Of a stretch of DNA of 36,167 bases, positions 1 to 8,996 are shown in pieces. The translations under genes were made by a program, and so were the position numbers. Source of the DNA: Pseudobdellovibrionaceae bacterium (GTDB lineage Bacteria; Bdellovibrionota; Bdellovibrionia; Bdellovibrionales; Bdellovibrionaceae); the NCBI GenBank assembly GCA_039810425.1, contig JBDHWW010000031.1, positions 1-36,167 of the forward strand, given 5' to 3'. The notes beneath the pieces are model-generated. The model searched no databases. It was not told where the DNA came from and saw nothing but the letters and a program-made list of their open reading frames with translations. Numbering within the stretch: the first letter of the stretch is position 1; each line of letters begins with the position of its first letter.

Positions 1-444
1 GGTGGTAAAGGAACCGCCACTGTGGGTATCGCGGGTGTTGGAACAAAAGGCCGCGGCACTGGTTACGGAACAGGCAGTGGTCTCGGTGATAAAAACTCTG
101 TGGCGATCGAGCCAGGGGGTGCAGAAGAAGACTTCGTGGGGACTATCGACCGTGAAGCTGTTCGCCGTGTGATTCGTGCCGGCCTTCGTGAGATCCGCGG
201 TTGTTACGAGCGGGAGTTGAACAAGTTGAACAAGACACAACGTCTTGAAGGTAAAGTGGTTATCGGTTGGACGATTGCGGATCATGGACGCGCTTTGAAT
301 GCCAAAGTGGTGAGTTCTTCCCTGAACAATCGTGCGGTTGAAAACTGTGTAAGAGATCGCCTGTCCACATGGAGATTCCCGGATCCACCGGCGGGTACCG
401 TGGCGGAGGTTAATTACCCGTTCTACTTTAGAGCAGAAAATTAA
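1..444 (+). CDS. AgmX/PglI-type TonB C-terminal domain protein (GltG-like gliding/energy transducer), 5' truncated by the window edge
   Basis: Frame is open from base 1. A Gly-rich linker precedes 'IDREAVRRVI...IRGCYERELNK...LEGKVVIGWTI...VENCVRDRLSTWRFPDP...VNYPFYF', the TonB_C/AgmX C-terminal pattern. Lies directly upstream of ExbB/ExbD-like genes. Confidence 0.8.
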   Translation, partial: GGKGTATVGIAGVGTKGRGTGYGTGSGLGDKNSVAIEPGGAEEDFVGTIDREAVRRVIRAGLREIRGCYERELNKLNKTQRLEGKVVIGWTIADHGRALNAKVVSSSLNNRAVENCVRDRLSTWRFPDPPAGTVAEVNYPFYFRAEN

Positions 445-481
445 TTTTTTAAGATTATAAATTCCTTAAGGAGGAAAAGTC

Positions 482-1192
482 GTGAACCCTACAGCAACAC
501 CTATCGATGCAGCAGCAGCGGCAGCTATGCAAGCCGCGGCAGCAACTGAAAACATGAACTTCATCCAACGAGCCTTCACTGAAGGTGGATTTGTGATGTA
601 CGTGATCGCGCTGATCGCGATCGTTTCCGTCTTTTTGATTGTTGAGCGCGTCATGAAATTCAAAGCGCTTGCGGTTGATAAGAAAGATTTTACGGATCAA
701 ATCTTCCGGATGGTCGTGAGTGGTGACCTTCGCCAGGCGATTTCGTTCTGCGATGCTCGTCCAGCTCCTTTGACGAACACAGTAAAGGCCGGCCTTGTCC
801 AAGCTATGAATAAGCGCCCAGATGAAGAGATTCAAGTGGCAATGGATGCAGCGGTTATGAGAGAAATGCCAAAAGTGGAAGGTTGGACTTCTTTCCTTGC
901 GGTCTTCGGTAACATCGCCGTACTCGCGGGTCTCCTGGGTACGATCATGGGTATGATCGGCTCTTTCCGGGCGGTATCTGCCGCCGATCCGGCGACGAAA
1001 GCTCAAAAGCTTTCAGAAGGTATCTCGCATGCCTTGAATTGTACGGCTTTTGGTCTTTCCGTAGCGATCTTGGCGATCATCACCTATGGATTGTTCCAGC
1101 ACCAGATTCAAAAGACAGAGAACGAAGTCGTGGAAACCAGCATGACTCTTTTGAATCTCGTGGTAGCTAACAGAGATAAGATTAAAGATTAA
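482..1192 (+). CDS. MotA/TolQ/ExbB proton channel family protein (AglR-like)
   Basis: AAGGAGG RBS before GTG; TM helices with 'GLLGTIMGMIGSF' and 'GISHALNCTAFGL' MotA/ExbB motifs. Confidence 0.9.
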   Translation: MNPTATPIDAAAAAAMQAAAATENMNFIQRAFTEGGFVMYVIALIAIVSVFLIVERVMKFKALAVDKKDFTDQIFRMVVSGDLRQAISFCDARPAPLTNTVKAGLVQAMNKRPDEEIQVAMDAAVMREMPKVEGWTSFLAVFGNIAVLAGLLGTIMGMIGSFRAVSAADPATKAQKLSEGISHALNCTAFGLSVAILAIITYGLFQHQIQKTENEVVETSMTLLNLVVANRDKIKD

Positions 1193-1215
1193 TTTTTAGC
1201 TAAGGATATAGAGCC

Positions 1216-1692
1216 ATGGCACATGTAGAAGAGGGTGGTAAAAAGAAAGGTCGCGCGAGGAACGTCGAGTTAAATCTCGTTCCCGTGATCGACTTGATGT
1301 CCGTGTTGATCACGTTCCTTTTGATCACCGCCGTATGGACTCAGGTCAATATGATGCAAATCGGTAGCTCTCTCTACGGAAAGCAGCTCGATGATAAGAA
1401 GCCAACTCCGCCGCCAAAATCGGATGTGGTTTTGAAAATCGATATTAAAGAAACCGGTTACATCCTGACTGTCGGTAAACAGGTGATTAGTTTGCCTGTA
1501 AAAGGCGGTGAGTTCGACGATGCTGGCTTGATGGCTCAGTTGCAAAGAGTGAAGCAGCTTTATCCAGAGAAAACCGATGCGGTTGTGACGATGGCTGACG
1601 ACTTGCCATACGAACAACTTATTCGGGGAATGGATGATTGCTTGCAATCTGGATTCCCTGCGATCTCAGTGGCGACAGGAGCGCCGATTTAA
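1216..1692 (+). CDS. exbD: ExbD/TolR family biopolymer transporter (AglQ/S-like)
   Basis: 'ELNLVPVIDLMSVLITFLL' TM with the conserved Asp; C-terminal 'ADDLPYEQLIRGMD' ExbD motif. Confidence 0.88.
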   Translation: MAHVEEGGKKKGRARNVELNLVPVIDLMSVLITFLLITAVWTQVNMMQIGSSLYGKQLDDKKPTPPPKSDVVLKIDIKETGYILTVGKQVISLPVKGGEFDDAGLMAQLQRVKQLYPEKTDAVVTMADDLPYEQLIRGMDDCLQSGFPAISVATGAPI

Positions 1693-1693
1693 T

Positions 1694-2284
1694 ATGGCGA
1701 TTTTTAGACCTGGTGAGAGACACCGCTATCATAATATTTTGAAAAAGAGTAAAGCCAAACGTGGCGTTACTGCGATTCTGTCCCTGACCGCCATGGTGGA
1801 TATGTTCACGGTCCTCGTGATCTTCCTTCTGCAAAATTACAACTCAACGGGAGAAATTCTTTACATCCCGAAGGAAGTGGTTCTGCCGAAGGCGGCGATC
1901 GTTAAAGAGTTGAAGCCTTCGATCGTTGTGACGGTTTCGAAAAAAGAAGTTCTTATCGATAAGACGCGCGTCGCTACTTTTGACGAAGTCAAAGGCAATG
2001 AAGAGTGGATGATTAAGAACCTCTATGAGCCGCTCAAGATCGCTTTGGATAAGAAAAAGGCGGAATTTGAGACCGGTTTGAAGAACAAAGTTAAAACCGC
2101 GGTCGACAATGCCCGTGGTCAAGATGAAGAAGACTTAAACGCGTGGAGAAAAGTCACGATTCAAAGTGATAAAGACGTGGACTTCTTGACGGTGAAAAAG
2201 GTCATGTTTACAGTGACTGAAGCTGGCGCTGGCGAGATTAACTTCGCCGTAATGAAGCGCTCTAACGAGCAGACCTCGAATTAG
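1694..2284 (+). CDS. exbD: Second ExbD/TolR family protein (AglQ/S-like)
   Basis: 'LSLTAMVDMFTVLVIFLL' with the conserved Asp; 'IQSDKDVDFLTVKKVMFT' motif. Start moved to ATG 1694, 1 nt after the upstream stop. Confidence 0.87.
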   Translation: MAIFRPGERHRYHNILKKSKAKRGVTAILSLTAMVDMFTVLVIFLLQNYNSTGEILYIPKEVVLPKAAIVKELKPSIVVTVSKKEVLIDKTRVATFDEVKGNEEWMIKNLYEPLKIALDKKKAEFETGLKNKVKTAVDNARGQDEEDLNAWRKVTIQSDKDVDFLTVKKVMFTVTEAGAGEINFAVMKRSNEQTSN

Positions 2285-2290
2285 TTTTCC

Positions 2291-2313
2291 AAGGGCTTCG
2301 AAAGAAGCCCTTT
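2291..2313 (+). terminator. Probable intrinsic terminator after the exbB/exbD cluster
   Basis: AAGGGCTTC-GAAA-GAAGCCCTT perfect 9-bp hairpin just after the stop; short T tail. Confidence 0.65.
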
Positions 2314-2369
2314 AAGATTGGAATTCGTTCCAAAAAGCTTGGGGTCCAAGACGCGGTACGTGGCTGATT

Positions 2370-3374
2370 ATGAACCTCAAGAACACCTTATTCGTTATTC
2401 TCCTCGTCGCCCTCTTCGTTGAGGTCCTGATTATTTTCCCAAATAGACTTGAACACAAAAGAGACGACGCTCCGATTCAGTTGACCCGCGATGAAAACGT
2501 GGAAGATCAAGAACAAGAAAAAAACAAAGAACCTGATAAGAGCAAGATCGTTTCGGCTTCACAAAAGGCGAAGGGCGTTCATCTTGTTGAAACCCAGCAG
2601 GGCAGCCGTGACTGGGAACTTTTCTCGGAGACAGCCGAAGGTGATCAAGCCTCGAGCTGGGAGCTTCGCAATGTACGGGTGCTTTTCTATAATAAGGAAA
2701 AGCTGGGCTTCACCGTCACCGGGGACCGCGGCTCGATCGATGGAAAGTCCAAAGACCTGCACATCCGTGGCAATGTTGTGACTAAATCTGAAAATGGCTA
2801 CACCTTTAAGACGCCCTCCATCTTCTACAATGCCAAGAAGCGGCAAATTCAGAGTCCTGAAAAAGTGAATATGCAAGGACCGAAGGACGAGATGGGTGAT
2901 GGGTTCATCTTGGATGGTGTGAATATGCTCGTTCTGGTCGACGACAACCGTATGACGATCAATCAAAACGTTCACGGTTCGAAGAAGTTCAAAGATGGTA
3001 AGGAATTTTTTATTGCGAGTGACAATGCCGATTTTTCGGGACAATCCCGTCAGGCGAAGTTCAACGGAAACGTCGAAGTGAAATACGATAACTTGCGTAT
3101 GCAAGGTCCCGCGGCGATTTTCCAATACAAAGGCAAAACCGACTTGATCAACTATATTCAGATGCAGGGTGGCGTTCGCGTCAATGATGCGGACAAAATG
3201 GCGACGGCTGAGACCGTGAATTTGGACCTTTTTAAGAATATTTTTACCTTCCGCGGAAAACCAAAGGTCATACAAAACAACGATGAGCTTTCCGGTGAGG
3301 AAATCATCTTTCTTGATGGCGGAAAAAAGGTTAAAGTAGAGAAGGTCCGAGCAAGCCTTGAAAAGAAGGATTAG
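2370..3374 (+). CDS. lptC: LPS export periplasmic protein LptC with a C-terminal LptA/OstA-like domain
   Basis: N-terminal TM anchor; LptC-like 'RDWELFSETAE...VTGDRGSID...LHIRGNVVTKSENGYTFKTPSIFYN'; then OstA-like 'AKFNGNVEV...TFRGKPKVIQNNDELSGEEIIF'; directly upstream of lptB. Confidence 0.8.
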   Translation: MNLKNTLFVILLVALFVEVLIIFPNRLEHKRDDAPIQLTRDENVEDQEQEKNKEPDKSKIVSASQKAKGVHLVETQQGSRDWELFSETAEGDQASSWELRNVRVLFYNKEKLGFTVTGDRGSIDGKSKDLHIRGNVVTKSENGYTFKTPSIFYNAKKRQIQSPEKVNMQGPKDEMGDGFILDGVNMLVLVDDNRMTINQNVHGSKKFKDGKEFFIASDNADFSGQSRQAKFNGNVEVKYDNLRMQGPAAIFQYKGKTDLINYIQMQGGVRVNDADKMATAETVNLDLFKNIFTFRGKPKVIQNNDELSGEEIIFLDGGKKVKVEKVRASLEKKD

Positions 3375-3380
3375 TACCGA

Positions 3381-4103
3381 GTGAGCTATCTGCAGATTAA
3401 AGAAATCTCAAAAGCATACAAAAAACGCCAAGTGGTGGACGGAGCTTCTTTTTCGGTGGAGTCCGGCCAAGTTGTTGGCTTGCTGGGACCGAATGGCGCG
3501 GGTAAGACAACATCGTTCTACATGGTGGTGGGGCTTGTGAAGCCGGATTCGGGCCTGATTGAACTCGATGCCCAGGATATTTCCAAAGAGCCCATGTACC
3601 GCCGCGCTCGTATTGGCTTGAGTTACCTTGCTCAGGAGCCCAGCATTTTCCGGAAGCTGACAGTGACTGATAATATTGTCGTGGCGCTAGAAGCCCACGG
3701 TTACAGTGGGGCCCAGCGTGCCGAGAAGCTTGAGGCGTTGCTCTCTGACTTCCGCATTACTCATATCCGCGATAGTTATGGATACGCTCTTTCCGGGGGT
3801 GAACGCCGCCGTGTTGAGATCGCCCGGGCTCTGGCGGGATCGCCGAAGTTTTTGCTCCTCGACGAGCCTTTCGCCGGGATTGACCCGATTGCGGTCAATG
3901 ATATTCAGAGTATTATTCGCGAGCTTAAGGCCAAAGGTATAGGAGTTTTGATCACAGATCATAACGTGCGTGAGACTCTGGGCATTTGCGATTATGCTTA
4001 TATATTGAAAGACGGTAAAATTCAGGTCAGCGGAAGCACCGATGAAATCGCGAATTCCGAACTGGCCCGTAAATTCTACCTCGGCGAAAACTTCAGACTT
4101 TAG
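3381..4103 (+). CDS. lptB: LPS export ABC transporter ATP-binding protein LptB
   Basis: GPNGAGKTT Walker A, 'YLAQEPSIF', '[15 protein letters not shown]', '[11 protein letters not shown]', '[10 protein letters not shown]'; lptB-rpoN synteny. Confidence 0.96.
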   Translation: MSYLQIKEISKAYKKRQVVDGASFSVESGQVVGLLGPNGAGKTTSFYMVVGLVKPDSGLIELDAQDISKEPMYRRARIGLSYLAQEPSIFRKLTVTDNIVVALEAHGYSGAQRAEKLEALLSDFRITHIRDSYGYALSGGERRRVEIARALAGSPKFLLLDEPFAGIDPIAVNDIQSIIRELKAKGIGVLITDHNVRETLGICDYAYILKDGKIQVSGSTDEIANSELARKFYLGENFRL

Positions 4104-4115
4104 GAGATATAACTA

Positions 4116-5555
4116 GTGGCTCTTCGCCAGACGATGAACTTAAGCCAATCCTTGGTGATCACGCCCCAGCTGCAACAAGCTATTAAACTGTTGCAGATGT
4201 CGCGTATGGAGCTTGAGTCCGCAGTGCGTTCTGAACTCGAAGAAAACCCGATTCTCGAAGAGGCCGAAGTCCTTAAAGAAGAAGACCTACAACGGACCAA
4301 AGACGCCGCTACGGAAGTAGAGGGCGGCAATGCCGAAGTAGCAGATAGCCACGCCCAAGACCCGCAAAAGCAAGATGAGTTCGAATGGGAGAGCTATTTC
4401 GAACAAAATCAAAAGCCCCCGCAATCGGGGATGGCCGGCAGTGAAGAGATCATGAACTATGAGAACGCGATTTCCGCGTCTCAGACATTGCATGACCATC
4501 TTTATTGGCAGGTCAAAATGAACGGCTTCAGCGAACACGAAGAGAAAGTCGCCGACCTTTTGTTGAACTTCATGGACGACGACGGCTATATCAAAACTCC
4601 GCTGGAACAGATCGCTGCCGAAGAGAAACTTGATATCGCCGATCTCGAAGATACATTGAGCCTTATTCACGAGTTCGACCCTCCGGGGGTCGGTGCTCGT
4701 GACCTGAAAGAATGCTTGCTGATTCAAGCAAAGCATCTCGAAGAGGACACTCAAGATCTTGTGACTTTGATTAACAATCACCTGAAAGACCTCGAAAAAA
4801 AGAATTACGATGCGATTGCGAAAGCAATGGGCCGTGATATCGAAGAAGTGGTTGAGATGTGCAAGATCATCTATTCCATGGACCCGAAACCAGGCCGCGC
4901 GTTCGTCAGCACCGAGACTCAGTATGTGACCCCGGACGTTTACGTTTACAAAGTCGGTGAAGACTTCGTTGTTTCATTGAATGAAGACGGTCTCCCGCGT
5001 TTGAAGATTTCAAATTTCTACAAGAATGTTTTGAAATCAGGCGACAAGAAGTCTGCAGATAAAACCCACGATTACATCCAGGAAAAGCTGCGCTCCGCAG
5101 TTTGGCTGATAAAGTCGATCCATCAAAGACAAAGAACGATCTATAAGGTGGCTGAAAGTATTGTGAAGCATCAGCGTGAGTTCTTTGAAAAGGGAGCGGC
5201 ATTCTTGAAGCCGATGATTCTCCGGGATATCGCGAACGATATTGGTATGCACGAATCGACCGTCAGCCGTGTGACAACAGCGAAGTACGTTCATACTCCA
5301 CAAGGTATTTACGAGCTTAAATACTTCTTCAATTCCGGTATCAGTTCGTCGGATGGTGATGCGCTCGCGAGCGAATCTGTAAAGTTGAAGATCAAAGATC
5401 TCGTGACTAAAGAAGACCCAAAGAATCCATTGTCAGATCAGAAGATCGTGGAGTTGCTAAAGGTTGAGGGCATTCAAATTGCCCGCCGCACAGTGGCTAA
5501 GTACCGAGATATGCTGAAGATCTTACCTTCGAGCCAACGTAAAAAGTTCTTCTAG
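4116..5555 (+). CDS. rpoN: RNA polymerase sigma-54 factor
   Basis: Region I 'TPQLQQAIKLLQ', HTH 'HESTVSRV', RpoN box 'ARRTVAKYR'. Confidence 0.97.
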   Translation: MALRQTMNLSQSLVITPQLQQAIKLLQMSRMELESAVRSELEENPILEEAEVLKEEDLQRTKDAATEVEGGNAEVADSHAQDPQKQDEFEWESYFEQNQKPPQSGMAGSEEIMNYENAISASQTLHDHLYWQVKMNGFSEHEEKVADLLLNFMDDDGYIKTPLEQIAAEEKLDIADLEDTLSLIHEFDPPGVGARDLKECLLIQAKHLEEDTQDLVTLINNHLKDLEKKNYDAIAKAMGRDIEEVVEMCKIIYSMDPKPGRAFVSTETQYVTPDVYVYKVGEDFVVSLNEDGLPRLKISNFYKNVLKSGDKKSADKTHDYIQEKLRSAVWLIKSIHQRQRTIYKVAESIVKHQREFFEKGAAFLKPMILRDIANDIGMHESTVSRVTTAKYVHTPQGIYELKYFFNSGISSSDGDALASESVKLKIKDLVTKEDPKNPLSDQKIVELLKVEGIQIARRTVAKYRDMLKILPSSQRKKFF

Positions 5556-5694
5556 AAATTCTATAAATTCCCTCTTGCAGACGCTGGGACTCGATTCACG
5601 TCTTCTCAATTGCTACTTGTCTCGTGACTAGGCAAATGATTGATCTCGGAGCCAGATAGGAACAGAATAGAACTGCAGCCTCAAGGGGGGCAGA

Positions 5695-7392
5695 ATGTCT
5701 GAATTTTTTCAAGAAGCTCCGCAGTTGAAAAACCAATATACCGAAGATCGTCTCTTGCAAGCTTATTTGCATTGGCGAATTCCGGCGCAGATTATGTCAA
5801 ATCTCACGCCTCACTTAAAGCATCTCGGGCAACGGGCGGTTTCAGAAATGCTCGAATGGGCCGATGAGGCCGAGCGCAATCCGCCGAAGCATATTCCGTA
5901 CGATCCATGGGGCCGTCGTATCGATGACATCGAAACTTGTCAGGGCTGGAAGAATCTTGAAAAGGTCGCTGCCGAAGAAGGACTCATCGCTGCAGGCTAC
6001 GAGCGCAAGTACGCTGAATACTCGCGTATATATCAAATGGCGTTGCTGTATCTTTATCATCCTTCGTCGGCCATCTGCTCTTGCCCGCTGGCCATGACTG
6101 ATGGGGCGGCTCGCGCGATTGAACTCTATGGTGACGACTATTTAAAGAACAAAGCTTATAAATATCTCACAAGCCGCGATCCAAACAACTTTTGGACGTC
6201 AGGCCAATGGATGACGGAAAGAGCCGGCGGCTCTGATGTTGGCGGTACTTCGACCGTCGCTAAAAAAGTCGGTGATCAATACGAACTTCACGGCACGAAA
6301 TGGTTTACTTCCGCGACAACGTCTCAGATGGCGATGACTTTGGCGCGCATTGAAGGCTCTGATCCGGGAAGCCGTGGTTTAAGTCTGTTCTATCTGGAGC
6401 TTCGCAATGACAAAAACGAACTCAATAAGATCGTGGTCCATCGTTTGAAGGACAAGCTCGGCACAAAAGCACTGCCCACGGCGGAGCTGAGTCTGCAGGG
6501 AACCCCGGCGCGTCTTGTCGGCGGCGAAGGCGGTGGCGTAAAGAAGATCGCAAGCTTGTTCAATATTACTCGGGTATATAACTCCATCTGCTCGGTGGGT
6601 CATATGCGCCGAGGCCTCGTTTTGGCGAAAGACTATTCCACTCGTCGTGTCGCTTTCGGTAAAAAGATCATTGATCATGCGCTTCACGTGGAAACGCTGA
6701 TGGATCAGTATGTGGATTACGCCGCAAGCTTTCATATTGTAATGAGGGCGGTTGAGCTTCTCGGTAAAGAAGAAACCGGTAAGGCCACCTCAGAAGAAGG
6801 TGCCTTGCTTCGATTGTTGACTCCCGTGATAAAGCTGTTTGCAGGAAAAAGAGTCATGTCCGTCACAAGTGAGGTGATGGAGGTCTTCGGTGGTGCGGGT
6901 TATGTCGAGGATACCAAGATGCCTCGCATGCTTCGTGACGCTCAGGTCTTTTCAATCTGGGAAGGAACGACCAACGTTCTCAGTCTCGATGTTCTGCGCG
7001 CCATCGAGAAGGAAAATGCCTTTAAGCCGTTTATGAAAGAAATCAGCCTGCGCTTGCAAAATATCATGAAAGAACCTATGGCTGGCCAGCAACTCAAAGG
7101 CGAAGTACAGGCCATTGAAAAAGCGCTCAAGGACCTTGAGGCCTATTTCCATAAGGTGCTTGCAGTGGGTCCTGCGGGGTTGGAGGATTTGCAAACCGGC
7201 GCGCGTTCCTTTGCCTATAGCCTGGGCAACATCTTCTCGGCGACTCTGCTGACCGAGTTTGCACTGCATACGAAGGATTTGCGCGATATCGAAACTGCGC
7301 GCCGCTGGTGTACGCGCAGCCCGCTCTTCACGGTGCCGGAGACCTCTCCAAGCCACCGTTTTTCGAATGCGGAAATCATCAAGGGCCTATAA
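5695..7392 (+). CDS. Acyl-CoA dehydrogenase family protein (AidB/ACDH-11-like)
   Basis: 'CPLAMTDGA', 'GQWMTERAGGSDV', 'LHGTKWFTS', 'RLKDKLGTKALPTAE', 'IWEGTTNVLSLD'. Confidence 0.9.
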   Translation: MSEFFQEAPQLKNQYTEDRLLQAYLHWRIPAQIMSNLTPHLKHLGQRAVSEMLEWADEAERNPPKHIPYDPWGRRIDDIETCQGWKNLEKVAAEEGLIAAGYERKYAEYSRIYQMALLYLYHPSSAICSCPLAMTDGAARAIELYGDDYLKNKAYKYLTSRDPNNFWTSGQWMTERAGGSDVGGTSTVAKKVGDQYELHGTKWFTSATTSQMAMTLARIEGSDPGSRGLSLFYLELRNDKNELNKIVVHRLKDKLGTKALPTAELSLQGTPARLVGGEGGGVKKIASLFNITRVYNSICSVGHMRRGLVLAKDYSTRRVAFGKKIIDHALHVETLMDQYVDYAASFHIVMRAVELLGKEETGKATSEEGALLRLLTPVIKLFAGKRVMSVTSEVMEVFGGAGYVEDTKMPRMLRDAQVFSIWEGTTNVLSLDVLRAIEKENAFKPFMKEISLRLQNIMKEPMAGQQLKGEVQAIEKALKDLEAYFHKVLAVGPAGLEDLQTGARSFAYSLGNIFSATLLTEFALHTKDLRDIETARRWCTRSPLFTVPETSPSHRFSNAEIIKGL

Positions 7393-7394
7393 GG

Positions 7395-8198
7395 TTATTG
7401 AACGCCGCGGTTGCCAAAAACCGCAGTCGCAGGTTTGCCATCACTTGCAACACCGCGGTCGTTTTTCCAATTCGGGTCCGCCGCGGTCATGATTGTATCT
7501 CGGACTCCTCGGCAAACGAAGTTCTTAGCCGCGATGCTCTGGAGTTCATTCGACATCTGATAGTACTGTTGGCGATAGTAGTCCTTCAGCTCTGTATAGT
7601 TTTTCAAAGTCGGGCAGGGCTCTTCTTTTGGCGCCGCGGTTGATGGCTGAACTCGACAATCATAAGTTTCACTGTACGACGAGTCGCCGACATCGCGAGA
7701 ACTGCTGGTATTCAGATTCATCGCCGTTGTGAACTTATTGAAGCGTTCTTTTTCCTGATCCATTTCAGTTTTGGCGGCTGTCGCACCTTCAGTCAGGCTC
7801 CGGCATTTTTTAAAGACCACGTTGCCGCGGGCATCGCGCACCACAATTCCGTTTGGTGGCAAAAACTCGTCCCAGTCCCTTTGGCTGATCGAACCGTAGT
7901 TGCAGTTTTCTAGCGTTGGATTCTTCACGCAATTTTCCGCGCCGGAATCAGAAGCGGCGCCTAAAGAGTCACCCGAGGACGGCTTAATCACCGGGTTGGA
8001 GGTGGCAAAACCCGCGGCTCCTGAGTTCGCCGAAGAAGCACTGCTGCCACTACTGGAAGGGGAGTTGATTACATCGCCTTTAGAATCCACGGTCTTGGTC
8101 ATCGCGGCAAAGCCCACGGCTCCGCTAACGACAGCGACTGCTGCGACTTTTTTAACGGTGGCTAATCTTGATTTTCGAAATAGCTGGCTGAGCGACAT
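7395..8198 (-). CDS. Hypothetical exported/membrane-anchored protein with a Ser/Gly-rich linker and six Cys
   Basis: Long ORF filling the gap; basic N-terminus plus hydrophobic 'VAAVAVVSGAVGFAAM'; ATG 8198 preceded by GGTGGA. Confidence 0.7.
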   Translation of the reverse strand: MSLSQLFRKSRLATVKKVAAVAVVSGAVGFAAMTKTVDSKGDVINSPSSSGSSASSANSGAAGFATSNPVIKPSSGDSLGAASDSGAENCVKNPTLENCNYGSISQRDWDEFLPPNGIVVRDARGNVVFKKCRSLTEGATAAKTEMDQEKERFNKFTTAMNLNTSSSRDVGDSSYSETYDCRVQPSTAAPKEEPCPTLKNYTELKDYYRQQYYQMSNELQSIAAKNFVCRGVRDTIMTAADPNWKNDRGVASDGKPATAVFGNRGVQ

Positions 8199-8271
8199 GA
8201 TTCCACCAGTATAAAGCAAGCCACGGAATCATGTGGTATAAAACCGCCGATGTTCTCAAATCGAGACGTTT

Positions 8272-8724
8272 CTACTGTTTCTTAACGAAGGCATCAATCG
8301 CATAGCCTGGGGCCAGGGAGCTGGTCACCGTGACAGTGGTGCCTTTCACGAGATCTTCGAGGGTTCTATTTTTAAAATCGATATCAAAATCAACATGCTT
8401 TTGGCGATTTGACGGGCAGGTAAAGACGCCTTCAAAAACCGTGCTTTTTGCGAGCTTTGCGAGATTCCACGCTAGATGAGAGCTCAAACTATAAGTGCCG
8501 TTACAAACTTCGTCTTCTTTGCCACTGGGATAAACCCTTTGAATTTCAAATTCATTGGGGTTGATAACGTAGAACTTCAAATAGACTTTTTGAAATCCGA
8601 CGCTGGCGGAGACCTTATAGCGGCCGACGATATTGCCGGGACCCAGCTCCGCGGCCATTGTTTGCAAACTCATCCCCATTAACACTAAGGCACTTACGAG
8701 AGCATTTAACAAAATTCTTTTCAT
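8272..8724 (-). CDS. Hypothetical secreted beta-rich protein
   Basis: GGAGGA RBS; Sec signal 'MKRILLNALVSALVLMGMSLQTMA|A'; two Cys in the mature part. Confidence 0.8.
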   Translation of the reverse strand: MKRILLNALVSALVLMGMSLQTMAAELGPGNIVGRYKVSASVGFQKVYLKFYVINPNEFEIQRVYPSGKEDEVCNGTYSLSSHLAWNLAKLAKSTVFEGVFTCPSNRQKHVDFDIDFKNRTLEDLVKGTTVTVTSSLAPGYAIDAFVKKQ

Positions 8725-8969
8725 GATTCCTCCAGAGCCAAAAGCTTAAGAGGCCCCAAGACTCTTTTCCATCAGTGAAAGCAGGGCATGAGAAAAAGCA
8801 AATGAACGTAGCCCCTCTTTATGCCGGGAAACAGCGTCTCAAATTGAATTAACCTTTTTACACCCTAGACCCGTCTCATGGTGAGAAGACCCCTCCCCCT
8901 AGGGATCTCAACTCACGACAGGAGGCGCAGCATCATTTTTATGTTCGAATAAAAACCACCAAGTTCCAC

Positions 8970-8996
8970 TCATCTTTGGTCGAGCTTGGCCGATAA
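8970..8996 (+). promoter_or_regulatory. Candidate sigma-28 (FliA) promoter of hpf
   Basis: TCATCTTT-N11-GCCGATAA: perfect sigma-28 -10 (8989-8996) and a partial match to the TAAAGTTT -35 at consensus spacing. Confidence 0.55.

Noticed and set aside
509..546. GCA-rich run encoding poly-Ala at the ExbB N-terminus
   Set aside because: Short, in-frame and interrupted; an ordinary low-complexity leader, not a contingency locus.
5556..5694. Sigma-54 (-24/-12) promoter near rpoN or before the pil genes
   Set aside because: I found no convincing TGGCAC-N5-TTGC match in the intergenic regions inspected.
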